From Roseibacillus sp. (lineage in GTDB: Bacteria > Verrucomicrobiota > Verrucomicrobiia > Verrucomicrobiales > Akkermansiaceae), in assembly GCA_965242925.1 (NCBI GenBank), contig CBDEUM010000013.1, forward strand, positions 160,001-224,000: a stretch of DNA of 64,000 bases, written 5' to 3'. The notes under the pieces are model-generated. The model worked only from the letters and a program-made list of their open reading frames with translations. It had not been told where the DNA came from and did not search any database. Shown here one piece after another: positions 1 to 9,905 of the stretch. Position numbers and translations under genes: made by a program. Within the stretch, counting starts at the first letter, position 1. Each line of letters opens with the position of its first letter.

Positions 1-91
1 GATGATCACCCTTCTGTTCATCGCCACCGCTCAACTTCTCTGGCGCGCACGGAAGAAAAATGGTCCGCACCCCACGCCCGTCACACCCTGA
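1..91 (+). CDS. 3' end of an upstream gene (hydrophobic helix plus basic tail), possibly the adaptor or accessory gene of the RND operon
   Basis: Frame from nt 2 reads MITLLFIATAQLLWRARKKNGPHPTPVTP* and ends 33 nt before the RND gene; truncated by the window edge. Confidence 0.4.
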   Translation, partial: MITLLFIATAQLLWRARKKNGPHPTPVTP

Positions 92-124
92 CTTCACGCG
101 ATAGGGAACCGACCAATCCTCCCC

Positions 125-3100
125 ATGCTCAACCACCTCATCAGATTCAGCCTCGCCCAGCGTGCCACCGTAGTGGCCCTCGCCCTGGTGACGCTGGGAC
201 TGGGTGTGAAGAAGGCGACCGAACTACCCGTCGAGGTCCTCCCGGACCTGACACGGCCTACGGTGACAATTCTCACCGAGGCTCCCGGATACGCACCCGA
301 GGAAGTGGAAACCCGCATCACGGTCCCACTGGAAAAGGCCCTCATGGGTGTCTCCGGGGTCACCCGCCTGCGCACCACCAACGACATCTCGCTCTCCCTC
401 ATCTTCGTCGAGTTCGCCTGGGATGCCGATCTCTCCACGGCCCGCAACGATGTGCAGGCGCGCCTCTCCAGCGCGCCCGAGTATCTCCCTGACGGCATTT
501 TCCCCTACATGACCCCGGCCACCTCCCTGATGGGTGACATCATGTTGATCGGTCTGCGCGATCCAACCGGCACCACCGCGACACGGGATCTGCGTACCCT
601 CGCGGAATGGCACGTCGGCCGCCGCATCCAATCCATCCCCGGGGTAGCCGAAGTCCTCTCCATGGGCGGCGGGGTGAAGCAGATCCAGGTTCAACCCGAC
701 CCGGAACGCATGCTGGCCCTCGGGGTGACCTTTGAAGAGGTGCGGGATGCCGCCGCCCATTCCATCCGGAACACCACGGGGGGATTCCTCACTGAACAAT
801 TGCAGGAAATCATGGTCCGCAACCTGGCGATGACCACCGATCTCAACGAAATTGCTGAGACGGTCGTCTCCGACAAGAACGATCGAACCATCCAGATCAA
901 GGATGTGGCCCGGGTGGTGTGGGACCTGGAACCGATGCGGGGAGACGCCGGGATGGGAACCAAGGGGGGTCAGGAACACCTCGACACTCCACCCCGGGGT
1001 AGCGATGGAGTTATACTCACCGTGCGCAAGGCCCCCGACTTCGACACCATCGCGCTCACCCGGCGCATCGAAAAGGCGATGGAGGAACTGCGACCTACCC
1101 TGCCCGAGGGAGCGGAACTACTCACCATTTACCGCCAGCAGGACTACATCAACCTTGCCATGGAGAACCTTGAGCACGCCCTGCGAGACGGAGCCATCAT
1201 GGTGGGCGCCATCCTCCTGCTCTTCCTGCTCAACCTCCGCATCACCCTCATTACCCTCACTGCCATCCCGCTTTCCCTGGCCATCACCATTCTCGTTTTT
1301 GACCTCTTTGATCTCAGTGTCAACTCGATGACCCTTGGTGGACTGGCGGTGGCCATCGGGATGGTGGTGGATGACGCCATCGTGGACGTCGAAAACGTCT
1401 TCCGCCGACTTCGCGAAAATGCCCGACTCGATTCCCCTCTCCCCCGTCTTGAGGTAATTGCGCGGGCTTCCACGGAAGTGCGTTCCTCCATCCTCTTTGC
1501 CACCCTCCTCGTCATCCTGGTTTTCGTTCCGCTCCTCGCACTGAGTGGAGTGGAAGGGCGCCTCTTCGCCCCCATCGCGGTTGCCACCATCGTCAGCATG
1601 GCGGCTTCCTTCCTGGTCTCCCTCACCATCATTCCCGTCCTCAGCTCCTACCTCCTGGCCCCGAAACCCGGCCGCCCTCACCGGGATAACCTCTTTGTCC
1701 GTGGCCTCAAGGAGCTCTTTGAACTGGCCTGGCTCCGCCCCGCCCTCTCGCAGCCCTTCGTCCTCTTCGCCCTCATCGGATTGCTGCTCTCCCTGAGCGC
1801 CTCCACTGTCACCAAGATGGGCCGGGCCTTCCTCCCGTCCTTCCGCGAACCCACCGCGGTGGTGGCCACCACCACTGCGCCGGGCACTTCCCTCCGGACC
1901 ACCACCGATCTCTCCCGGACCGCCCAGGACCTCCTTCTCGCCATCCCCGGTATCGAAACGGTCGGTTTCCGGGTGGGACGAGCCGAACGCGGCGACCACG
2001 TCGTACCGGTATCGAGTGTCGAATTTGACGTCGCCTTCAACGAGTATGGGAAGACACACCGGCAGGAGACACTCGAGCAGGTACGTTCCACCATGAAAGG
2101 TATTCCCGGCACCTTCAGCGCCATGAGCAGCCCCCTTGCCGACCGGGTCGGGCACATGCTGAGCGGAATCTCGGCCAAGATCGCCATCAAGATCTACGGT
2201 GATGACCTCCAGGAACTGCGCCGGATCGGTTCCCGGATTACCGAGCTGGCCCGGGGCATCCCCTCGCTGGAAGAAGCACGCATGGAGCAACAGGCCCCCA
2301 TCCCCCAGCTCCGCATCGAGCCCAATCGCCGGCGCGCCGCCGCCTATGCTGTGAATCCCGGTGCCATTACCGAGGAACTGGCGGCCATGATGGGTGGGGA
2401 AATCGTGGGAACCGCCTACGAAGACCAGCGCGTCTACGACCTGGTGGTTCGCCTGCCGCTGGAGTGGCGGGAAAACCCCGAACGCCTTGCCAGTCTCTAC
2501 ATCGACACCAAGGGCGGCAACCGTATCCCCCTCAGCTACGTCGCCGACCTTCGGCAGGCCAACGGTCCGAACACCATCATGCGCGAAAACGGGCTCCGCC
2601 GTTTCGTGGTCTCCATCAACCCGACCGGCGAGGACCTCACGGGCGCAGTGGAGGAATTGCGGCGCCAGATCGCCACATCCGTGAAACCCAATCTCCCCAA
2701 GGGATACGAGATCCGGATCGAGGGCGAATACCAGGCTGAACAACAAGCCCGGGAGACCATCTTCTTCTGGTCCATCATCATCCTCACCGCCATCACCTTC
2801 CTCCTTCTCGGGTATTTCCAGAGCTTCAAGCTCGTTCTCCTCGTCCTCACCACCATTCCCATTTCCCTCATCGGGGCCATTCTCTACACCCGCCTCGCAC
2901 TGGACAACATCAGCATCGCCACCCTGGTGGGATTCATTGCCATTGCCGGCATCGCGGCCCGCAACAATATCATGATGATCTCCCACTACCTCCACCTCAT
3001 GCGCCATGAGGGAGAGAACTTCACCCGCAACATGGTGATCCGCGGAACGCGGGAGCGACTCGTTCCCATCCTCATGACCGCCCTCTCTGCGGGCATCGCC

Positions 3101-3289
3101 CTCGTCCCGCTCATCTGGGCCGGCCAGGAACCGGGCAAGGAGATCCTCTACCCGGTAGCGATCGTCATCCTGGGTGGCCTCGTCAGCTCTACCATTCTTG
3201 GCTTGGCTGCCACTCCGGCCCTCTTCTACACTTTCTGCCGCCGGACCGCGGAAAAAGTCATTGCCAGGGAGGCTCCCGCCACCCACTAA
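125..3289 (+). CDS. CusA/CzcA-family heavy-metal efflux RND permease
   Basis: 1054 aa; N-terminal LPVEVLPDL and EEVETRITVPLE; TM4 motif GLAVAIGMVVDDAIVDVEN; C-terminal RERLVPILMTA. Confidence 0.93.
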   Translation: MLNHLIRFSLAQRATVVALALVTLGLGVKKATELPVEVLPDLTRPTVTILTEAPGYAPEEVETRITVPLEKALMGVSGVTRLRTTNDISLSLIFVEFAWDADLSTARNDVQARLSSAPEYLPDGIFPYMTPATSLMGDIMLIGLRDPTGTTATRDLRTLAEWHVGRRIQSIPGVAEVLSMGGGVKQIQVQPDPERMLALGVTFEEVRDAAAHSIRNTTGGFLTEQLQEIMVRNLAMTTDLNEIAETVVSDKNDRTIQIKDVARVVWDLEPMRGDAGMGTKGGQEHLDTPPRGSDGVILTVRKAPDFDTIALTRRIEKAMEELRPTLPEGAELLTIYRQQDYINLAMENLEHALRDGAIMVGAILLLFLLNLRITLITLTAIPLSLAITILVFDLFDLSVNSMTLGGLAVAIGMVVDDAIVDVENVFRRLRENARLDSPLPRLEVIARASTEVRSSILFATLLVILVFVPLLALSGVEGRLFAPIAVATIVSMAASFLVSLTIIPVLSSYLLAPKPGRPHRDNLFVRGLKELFELAWLRPALSQPFVLFALIGLLLSLSASTVTKMGRAFLPSFREPTAVVATTTAPGTSLRTTTDLSRTAQDLLLAIPGIETVGFRVGRAERGDHVVPVSSVEFDVAFNEYGKTHRQETLEQVRSTMKGIPGTFSAMSSPLADRVGHMLSGISAKIAIKIYGDDLQELRRIGSRITELARGIPSLEEARMEQQAPIPQLRIEPNRRRAAAYAVNPGAITEELAAMMGGEIVGTAYEDQRVYDLVVRLPLEWRENPERLASLYIDTKGGNRIPLSYVADLRQANGPNTIMRENGLRRFVVSINPTGEDLTGAVEELRRQIATSVKPNLPKGYEIRIEGEYQAEQQARETIFFWSIIILTAITFLLLGYFQSFKLVLLVLTTIPISLIGAILYTRLALDNISIATLVGFIAIAGIAARNNIMMISHYLHLMRHEGENFTRNMVIRGTRERLVPILMTALSAGIALVPLIWAGQEPGKEILYPVAIVILGGLVSSTILGLAATPALFYTFCRRTAEKVIAREAPATH

Positions 3290-3364
3290 ATCCAATCACC
3301 GAATATCTTCTCCCGGGAAAACGTCAAAGAAGTATCACCTCCATCACGCTAGCCACAAAGAACC

Positions 3365-3895
3365 ATGAAGAACCTTCCCCGCATTCGCACTTTCCGCAGA
3401 GCAACCTTTCTGGCTGCCCTCTGCCTCGGCGCCCTTATCCAGCCCGGGTGGACCGGGAAGGAAGACAAAAAACATGACCATCACCACGCCAGGAAGGCAG
3501 GCCCAAACGGTGGCAGGGTCCTCCACGAAGTGCATCCCCACGCCGAACTCCTTGTGACCAAGGACCGCAAGCTCCAGCTCACCTTCCTTACCGAAAAGGG
3601 CAAGGCCACCGCACCCGGGGAACAGACCATGACCGTCATCTGCGGGAAGCGGACAAGCCCCACCCGCATGCGCTTCGCCAGGAAGGGGAATTCCTTTCTC
3701 TCTGACAAGGCACTCCCCAAGGGCCTGCGAATCCCCACCGTCATCCAGATCAAGATGGCGCCCGGGAAAAAATCCACCATCATCCGTCTTAACCTGGATC
3801 TGAAGGACTGCCCCGATTGCGACTCCCTGGAGTATGCCTGTGTCTGCCATCATCACGAACACGAGGAGAAGCCTGCGGCCAAACCAAAGAAGTAA
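3365..3895 (+). CDS. Exported His/Cys-rich putative metal-binding protein
   Basis: Signal-peptide-like N-terminus, HDHHH..GPNGG motif, C-terminal CPDC-x6-CVCHHHEH; directly downstream of the RND pump. Confidence 0.7.
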   Translation: MKNLPRIRTFRRATFLAALCLGALIQPGWTGKEDKKHDHHHARKAGPNGGRVLHEVHPHAELLVTKDRKLQLTFLTEKGKATAPGEQTMTVICGKRTSPTRMRFARKGNSFLSDKALPKGLRIPTVIQIKMAPGKKSTIIRLNLDLKDCPDCDSLEYACVCHHHEHEEKPAAKPKK

Positions 3896-3925
3896 CGGGA
3901 CATCCCCGGGCCATGGGTGAAGGGT

Positions 3926-4639
3926 TCAAGCCACCGCGCCGGCCCTGGCCTCACCCTGCACCCGGCGCACCAGGAAAATCGCCACCGCCAGACCGGCCGA
4001 GCCCATCACCATGGCCATCACCATGATCTGGTAGCGCACCGCTTCCATCGGATCCGCACCCGCAATGACCTGGCCTGTCATGATCCCGGGCAGCGCCACC
4101 AGCCCCACTGCCAGGAAGACATTCACCTGCGGGATGAGAGCCGCGTTCCAGGCCGTGTTGCGTGCATGCTCCGCGCTGCGTCCGCCTTCCCGTTCCGCAT
4201 CGTAGCGCTCCGCGCTCAGGGTCACCGCCGTCATGGCATTGGCAAAGATCATACCCGGGAGGCTGATGGCATACTTCGGCTCGTACCAGGGATCCACCGC
4301 GATCACCCCGAAGATGACGAGGACGTAGATCAACCCGCCCCCGATCCCTATGGCGAGCACCGCATCCCGGTAGGAGTCCCAACGCCTCACCCGGACGGTT
4401 CTGATCGCGATCCATGCGGAAACCACAATCATGAACACAACAACCCCGAGGGTCACCCACGGGCTGCGCACACCGAAGAGAAAACTGAGCAGATAGCCGA
4501 CAAGAAACAGCTGCACCACCATGCGTCCCGTCGCCACCGGGAGGATTCCGCGCCTGCCGCCCCAGCGACAGGAGATCCAGCCGACGAACAGAATTGGGAG
4601 AAGCGAGAGCGCAAGGCGCCCCAACGGGATCTCAATCAT
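3926..4639 (-). CDS. UPF0014/FetB(YbbM)-family ABC-type permease
   Basis: Multi-TM; RMVVQLFLVGYLL, PWYEPKYAISLPGMIFANAM, GLVALPGIMTGQVIAGADPMEAVRYQI; start placed at ATG 4639. Confidence 0.85.
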   Translation of the reverse strand: MIEIPLGRLALSLLPILFVGWISCRWGGRRGILPVATGRMVVQLFLVGYLLSFLFGVRSPWVTLGVVVFMIVVSAWIAIRTVRVRRWDSYRDAVLAIGIGGGLIYVLVIFGVIAVDPWYEPKYAISLPGMIFANAMTAVTLSAERYDAEREGGRSAEHARNTAWNAALIPQVNVFLAVGLVALPGIMTGQVIAGADPMEAVRYQIMVMAMVMGSAGLAVAIFLVRRVQGEARAGAVA

Positions 4640-4737
4640 GGCCGCATCTTCGGAAAGCATCCGGAACCGTGCAATCCTCATGAGAGGCGATATCTTGCTC
4701 GCATGTCACAGCGCTGCCCCGCACTGTCCCTCCCCTC

Positions 4738-5463
4738 ATGCCCCTCGACTACGAAGAGCTGGACTATCAGGAAACACCATTGGGGGCCCTCACTCTCCGG
4801 CGCCGGCGACTGCGGTCCCTCGACAATCTCGAAGTCTACGAGATCATCCTGGGAACCGGCTATCTCATGTCCAGCCTCTTCACCACGGTGGAGATCGCCC
4901 TCGCCGACCTTGCCCTCGCCCGCCTGCCGGCCAACAGCACTGATCTCTCCCTGGTGGTGGGAGGACTGGGCCTGGGATACACCGCGCGCGCTGCTCTCAA
5001 CGACGATCGTGTCGGGGAGCTTCTGGTGGTGGAAGCTCTTCCGGAGGTCATCGGGTGGCACGAGAGGGAAATGGTGCCGCTCGGACGCGAACTGCACCGC
5101 AACTCGCGCTGCCGTCTGATTGAAGGCGATTTCTTTGCCCTCGCTGCAGACCAGGGATTCGACCCGGACCGGCCCGGACGCCGCTTCCATGCCATTCTGC
5201 TGGATATCGATCACTCCCCCAGGAACCTGATCCACGAGCGACACCAGCCCTTCTACTCGCAGTCCGGCCTCCGTCATCTGCAATCCTTCCTCAATCCCGG
5301 GGGCGTCTTCGCAATGTGGTCCGACGATCCTCCCGACCCGGACTTTCAGTCCCTGCTGGACAACGTTTTCCCCACCACCGAGACCAGGATCGTCACCTTC
5401 CCCAATCCCCTGCAGGACCGTCAATCGGAGAGCACCGTCTACCTCGCTCAATGCGCACCCTGA
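4738..5463 (+). CDS. Spermidine-synthase-like SAM-dependent transferase
   Basis: VVGGLGLGYT glycine loop, VVE, FHAILLDIDHSP, LNPGGVFAMWS. Confidence 0.8.
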   Translation: MPLDYEELDYQETPLGALTLRRRRLRSLDNLEVYEIILGTGYLMSSLFTTVEIALADLALARLPANSTDLSLVVGGLGLGYTARAALNDDRVGELLVVEALPEVIGWHEREMVPLGRELHRNSRCRLIEGDFFALAADQGFDPDRPGRRFHAILLDIDHSPRNLIHERHQPFYSQSGLRHLQSFLNPGGVFAMWSDDPPDPDFQSLLDNVFPTTETRIVTFPNPLQDRQSESTVYLAQCAP

Positions 5464-6194
5464 AGCGTGCGCAGTCGAATATCATCAGTCAGGTCGCTTC
5501 CCAGCAGGCGCATCAGTTTACGAAGACGGTATCCACAGGATCGTGCCCCACCCACACCGCTCCCCTGAATCAGGATCCGGTTGTAGTAGCTCTCAAACTC
5601 CACCACCACTCCCGGACCCACCCGGCTGGCTGCGATCAGGTCATCCCAGGAGATCCCCGGCGTGGGCAGAAGATTGCTGATGACAACCCCGCTTTTCTTC
5701 ACCCTCTTCCGCATCAACGGGGGCAGATCGATCCACGAGGCCCCGGGTTTCACCACATCGCCCTCCAGGGGCACGGAAAGATCCTCCACGATCACGTCGA
5801 AAAGGGGCCGCTGACGCCGCATCCATGCCACTGCATCTTCGGGGTGGAACCGCACCACTCCGCTCCAGTCCGCGGCCACCTCCCGGAAGACTTCAAAGCC
5901 CTCCACCCAGAGATCCACCCCTTCCACTTCCTGTTCACACCCGATAGCACGCATGGCTCCCACCATTCCTCCCGCTGCAAACCCCAACAGGGCCATGCGG
6001 GACCCCGGGGCAAAGAGCCGCACCGCACAGGCCAGTACATCCCAGACACTGTGCGTCGGCCCCGGGGAGCGGGGAAGTTCACACAGCACGCATCCATTCT
6101 CCTCGATCCTGACACCGTCCCCATGATGTCTGATTCGCGTCCCCATCCCATCCGCCTCCCGTTCTTCCGGCCACGACCGCGCCGCCACGGTCAA
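5448..6194 (-). CDS. Second, divergent spermidine-synthase-like Rossmann methyltransferase (alternative start 6146)
   Basis: ALLGFAAGG, EGVDL, EDAVAW, FDVIVEDL, GVVISNL; TTG start overlaps the upstream ALDH stop. Confidence 0.65.
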   Translation of the reverse strand: MTVAARSWPEEREADGMGTRIRHHGDGVRIEENGCVLCELPRSPGPTHSVWDVLACAVRLFAPGSRMALLGFAAGGMVGAMRAIGCEQEVEGVDLWVEGFEVFREVAADWSGVVRFHPEDAVAWMRRQRPLFDVIVEDLSVPLEGDVVKPGASWIDLPPLMRKRVKKSGVVISNLLPTPGISWDDLIAASRVGPGVVVEFESYYNRILIQGSGVGGARSCGYRLRKLMRLLGSDLTDDIRLRTLQGAH

Positions 6195-7762
6195 CTCCGC
6201 GCCCCATCCACAATACGCGAGATTTCCAGCGGGTTATCCTCCTGTAATTCCGTCGGCAGGAGATGATCGGGGAAATCCTGCCAGCACACGAGCCTGGTGA
6301 AACGCGTGATGGACCGCGGACCCACCGAGGTCGAGCGTCCATCGGAAGTCGCGGGCACCGGTCCTCCGTGCACCATCCCGTGACACACTTCCACACCGGT
6401 GGGATAGCCATTGTAGATCAGGCGACCCGCCTTGCGCTCGAGCACGTCGATGAGCTTTGCGAACACCTCGCGGTCCTCCCCGGTGGCATGCACGGTGGCG
6501 GTTAGCTGCCCTTCCAGGCTCTCCGCAACACCCAGCATCGCTTCTTCGTCCCCTGCTTCGATCATCAGGGTGGCTGGGCCGAACATCTCATCCGCCATGG
6601 AGTGATCGGCCAGGAATGCGTCCGCACTTGATCCCAGCACGACCGCCCCGGCCGCGCTGTTTCCGGCATCGGATTCCACCCGGGCCAGCGACTCCACCCC
6701 TTCCTTGGAAATCATCGTATCCACCGCCTCGTGATAAGCTGAGGCAATACCCTCGTGCAGCATGGTGGCTGGTGCGGTCTCGGCAGCCAGGGAGGCCACC
6801 CGCTCCGCAAAAGCACTACGCCCTTCCCTGCCGGAGATCAACAATCCCGGATTGGTGCAGAACTGCCCGACTCCCAGGGTGAGCGATCCCACGAATCCTT
6901 CCGCAATCGCCTCGCCTCGCTCCTGCAGTGCCCCCGGCAGGACGAAGACCGGGTTCACCGCGCTCATCTCGGCCCAGACCGGGATCGGTTCCGGTCGCGC
7001 CGCCGCGGTGTCCATCAAGGCACGTCCTCCCGCCCGTGATCCGGTGAAGCCCACCGCCTTGATCGCCGAATGTCTCACCAGGGCCTGGCCAATGGTCCGC
7101 CCACTCCCGTAGAGCAGGGCAAAGACCCCGTCCGGCACTCCACACCTGGTCACTGCGGCACGCACCGCAGCCCCCACGATCTCCGCCGTGCCGGGATGCG
7201 ATCCGTGCGCTTTCACGATCACCGGGCAACCCGCCGCCAGGGCACTGGCGGTGTCGCCCCCTGCCACAGAGTAGGCCAGGGGAAAATTGCTGGCACAGAA
7301 CACCACTACCGGTCCGACCGGACGCCACATCGAGCGACAGTCGGGTTTAGGCACCGGTGCCCGCCCGGGATCGGCATGGTCAATGCGCGCGTCCACCCAC
7401 GATCCCTCCTCAAGGAGATCGGCAAAGAGCCTCAACTGAAAACAAGTCCGGCCCTTCTCCATGCGGCAGCGTCCCTCCGGCAAAGCCGTCTCCACCGTCA
7501 TGCGCGCCACAATCTCCTCCTCTACTGCATCGATCTCATCAGCAATGGTCCGCAGGAAGGCAGCCTTCTCCCGTCCGCTCCTCCCACGGTAGTCCTCAAA
7601 GGCCTCCGCCGCCAACCGGCAGACCGCCTCCACCGTCTCCTCTCCCTCCGCGTGGTAAACGGGATCCAGTTTCTCTCCCGACACGGGGTTGACCGCCCGG
7701 GCCTCCCCTGCTCCACCGGTTCCCCGGCCCGCTCCGATGAATGACGTTCCCTGCAGATCCAT
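6191..7762 (-). CDS. lhpG: NADP-dependent alpha-ketoglutaric semialdehyde dehydrogenase (ALDH family)
   Basis: ASNFPLAYSVAGGDTASALAAGCPV, GFTGS, AEMSAVNP, GQFCTNPG, HGGPVPATSD; lies in the hydroxyproline cluster. Confidence 0.85.
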   Translation of the reverse strand: MDLQGTSFIGAGRGTGGAGEARAVNPVSGEKLDPVYHAEGEETVEAVCRLAAEAFEDYRGRSGREKAAFLRTIADEIDAVEEEIVARMTVETALPEGRCRMEKGRTCFQLRLFADLLEEGSWVDARIDHADPGRAPVPKPDCRSMWRPVGPVVVFCASNFPLAYSVAGGDTASALAAGCPVIVKAHGSHPGTAEIVGAAVRAAVTRCGVPDGVFALLYGSGRTIGQALVRHSAIKAVGFTGSRAGGRALMDTAAARPEPIPVWAEMSAVNPVFVLPGALQERGEAIAEGFVGSLTLGVGQFCTNPGLLISGREGRSAFAERVASLAAETAPATMLHEGIASAYHEAVDTMISKEGVESLARVESDAGNSAAGAVVLGSSADAFLADHSMADEMFGPATLMIEAGDEEAMLGVAESLEGQLTATVHATGEDREVFAKLIDVLERKAGRLIYNGYPTGVEVCHGMVHGGPVPATSDGRSTSVGPRSITRFTRLVCWQDFPDHLLPTELQEDNPLEISRIVDGARS

Positions 7763-7829
7763 GTCGGAAATGTTCTAACCGCGCTCGGGGCGGTCCGCAA
7801 AAGCAAATTGACGCGAAACAGCAGGTGGA

Positions 7830-7858
7830 TTGACCAGCCTTACGGCATCCCCTATAGC
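7830..7858 (+). promoter_or_regulatory. Putative sigma-70 promoter for the OCD-family gene
   Basis: TTGACC-N17-TATAGC, 37 nt upstream of ATG 7896. Confidence 0.4.
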
Positions 7859-7895
7859 AGGGCTGCGCCGCGCCAAGAACCCGTGGCAGTTTTCC

Positions 7896-8840
7896 ATGAA
7901 GATCATTGGCCCTGAAGAAGTCCACGCCGCCCTCAGTTATCCAGCCCTCATTGATGCCCTGCAGGAGACCTTCTCCGGTGAATTCACCATGCCCCCGCGC
8001 AATGTCTTCCCGCTGGATGAGAATTCCGACAACCACGATGCCTTTGCCGTGCTGCCCTCCTGGAACACCTCGCTCATCGGGGTCAAGGCCTTCACCTACT
8101 TCCCCAGCAACCAGGAACCCTACAAGTCACTCTACTCGAAAATCCTTCTCTTCGACCGCGCCCATGGCGAACCCCTTGCCCTCGTTGATGGCACCACCGT
8201 CACCTTCTGGCGCACAGCCGGGATTTCCGGCCTGGCCACCCGCCTCCTCGCTCGCGAGGACGCGGATACTCTTCTTCTCCTGGGCACCGGCAATCTGGCA
8301 AGCTACATCATCCGCGCCAATGCCAGCGTGCGTCCGCTGAAGCGTATCCTCGTCTGGGGTCGCACGCCCTCCAATGCCCGGAAGGTCGTGGACCGGATGG
8401 ACGCTGAACTCGACGGTATCGAAATCTCGGTCGCAGATGATCTCCAGGACGCCTGCGGACAGGCCGACATCATCGTGAGCGCAACCGCTTCCCACCAGCC
8501 CCTCGTAGAGGGCGACTGGGTAAAGGAGGGAACTCACACCGACTTCATCGGCAATCACCATGCCGACAAGCGCGAGTGCGACACCGCCCTGATCCTCAAG
8601 TCCAGAGTCTACGCCGACAGCTATGCAAACTGCTTCAAGGAAGCCGGTGAGGTGCTCGTCCCCATCTCCGAGGGCGTGTTCAACAAGGAAGACGTTGTCG
8701 CGGATCTCTCCGAAATGTGCGCTGGATCAGCTCCCCTTCGCCAGAGCGATGCCCAGATCACCCTCTTCAAGTCCATTGGCATGGGCATCAGTGACCTCGT
8801 GGGTGCCGGCCTGGCCTATCAGGTCGCCAGCGAAAGCTAG
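7896..8840 (+). CDS. lhpI: Ornithine cyclodeaminase/mu-crystallin family Delta1-pyrroline-2-carboxylate reductase
   Basis: HDAFAVLPSWN, GVKAFTYFP, TFWRTA, GTGNLA, ITLFKSIG; start placed at ATG 7896. Confidence 0.78.
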   Translation: MKIIGPEEVHAALSYPALIDALQETFSGEFTMPPRNVFPLDENSDNHDAFAVLPSWNTSLIGVKAFTYFPSNQEPYKSLYSKILLFDRAHGEPLALVDGTTVTFWRTAGISGLATRLLAREDADTLLLLGTGNLASYIIRANASVRPLKRILVWGRTPSNARKVVDRMDAELDGIEISVADDLQDACGQADIIVSATASHQPLVEGDWVKEGTHTDFIGNHHADKRECDTALILKSRVYADSYANCFKEAGEVLVPISEGVFNKEDVVADLSEMCAGSAPLRQSDAQITLFKSIGMGISDLVGAGLAYQVASES

Positions 8841-8941
8841 GGGTGTCCCCGTTCGCCCCACTCGGGCGTTGCAACGCCCTTCTTCCGCTCCGCGCGGGGA
8901 AGAACACATCACGAACACGACCGGGGGCCTCGCCTCCAGGC

Positions 8942-9841
8942 TCATTGCGGCCGCGTCTCGACACACCGGTGCACGATGGAGAGAACCTGCTCCCGCTCCT
9001 CACCCACCAGCGGAAGGCGGGGCGCCCGCACCGTCTCCGTTCCATAGCCCAGGGTGGCACAGGTCAGCTTGATATACTGTACCAGCTTGGGGTGACTGTC
9101 GAAATGGAGCATGGGCATGTACCATCGGTAGACCTCCAGGGCCCGGGCATGGTCCCCCGCCATGAAGGCATCCCAGAGCAGGCGGTTCTCGCGGGGGAAA
9201 GCATCAACCAGGCCGGAAATCCACCCGGTACACCCGAGCACGAAACTTTCCAGGGCCACATCGTCGAGTCCGGCGAAAATCAGATAGCGGTCACCCAGAG
9301 CATTGAAGAGGTCGGTGACTCGCCGCACATCGCCCGAGGCCTCCTTGATGCAGACGATGTTCTCTACATCCTCCATCTCCTTGAACATCTCCGGGGTGAT
9401 GTCGACCCGGTAGACCGGCGGGTTGTTGTAGCACATGATCGGCAAACAGGTGGATGCTGCCACGGATCGAAAATGCTGCACCGTCTCCCGCCCGTCCGAG
9501 TTGTAGACCATCCCGGGCATTACCATGAGTCCGTCCACTCCCGCCGCCTCGGCAGCCTGGGCCGTGTCGCAAGCATTCCTGGTGGTGAACTCCGCCACTC
9601 CGTTGAGCACCGGAAGCCGGCCGTCAGCCACCTCGACCGCCGCTTCCAGGACCCTGATCTTCTCATCAAGCGACAGGGAACAGTTCTCTCCGATCGTTCC
9701 CAGCATGATCAACCCGTGAACCCCTTCCCTGATCAGGGCCTCGATGTGCTCCTGCGTAGCCGGGAGGTTAAGGGAGAAATCCTCGTGGAACTGGGTGGGA
9801 ACGGCAGGAAAAACCCCGGTCCAGTCTACTTGCAGTGGCAT
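8942..9841 (-). CDS. lhpC: DapA-family protein, probable Delta1-pyrroline-4-hydroxy-2-carboxylate deaminase
   Basis: GTIGEN, YNNP, IKEASGDVRR Schiff-base Lys, KLVQYIKL; adjacent to the epimerase. Confidence 0.82.
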   Translation of the reverse strand: MPLQVDWTGVFPAVPTQFHEDFSLNLPATQEHIEALIREGVHGLIMLGTIGENCSLSLDEKIRVLEAAVEVADGRLPVLNGVAEFTTRNACDTAQAAEAAGVDGLMVMPGMVYNSDGRETVQHFRSVAASTCLPIMCYNNPPVYRVDITPEMFKEMEDVENIVCIKEASGDVRRVTDLFNALGDRYLIFAGLDDVALESFVLGCTGWISGLVDAFPRENRLLWDAFMAGDHARALEVYRWYMPMLHFDSHPKLVQYIKLTCATLGYGTETVRAPRLPLVGEEREQVLSIVHRCVETRPQ

Positions 9842-9905
9842 GGCCGGAGATAGAACCTGCCCTTCCGGTATTCGTCAAGTTCGCGCTCACAAACAGGACA
9901 TCGAC

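Noticed and set aside
8864..8879. Perfect palindrome GGGCGTTGCAACGCCC as a REP or MITE element
   Set aside because: Only one copy noticed; it lies between convergent genes and is more simply a terminator-type hairpin
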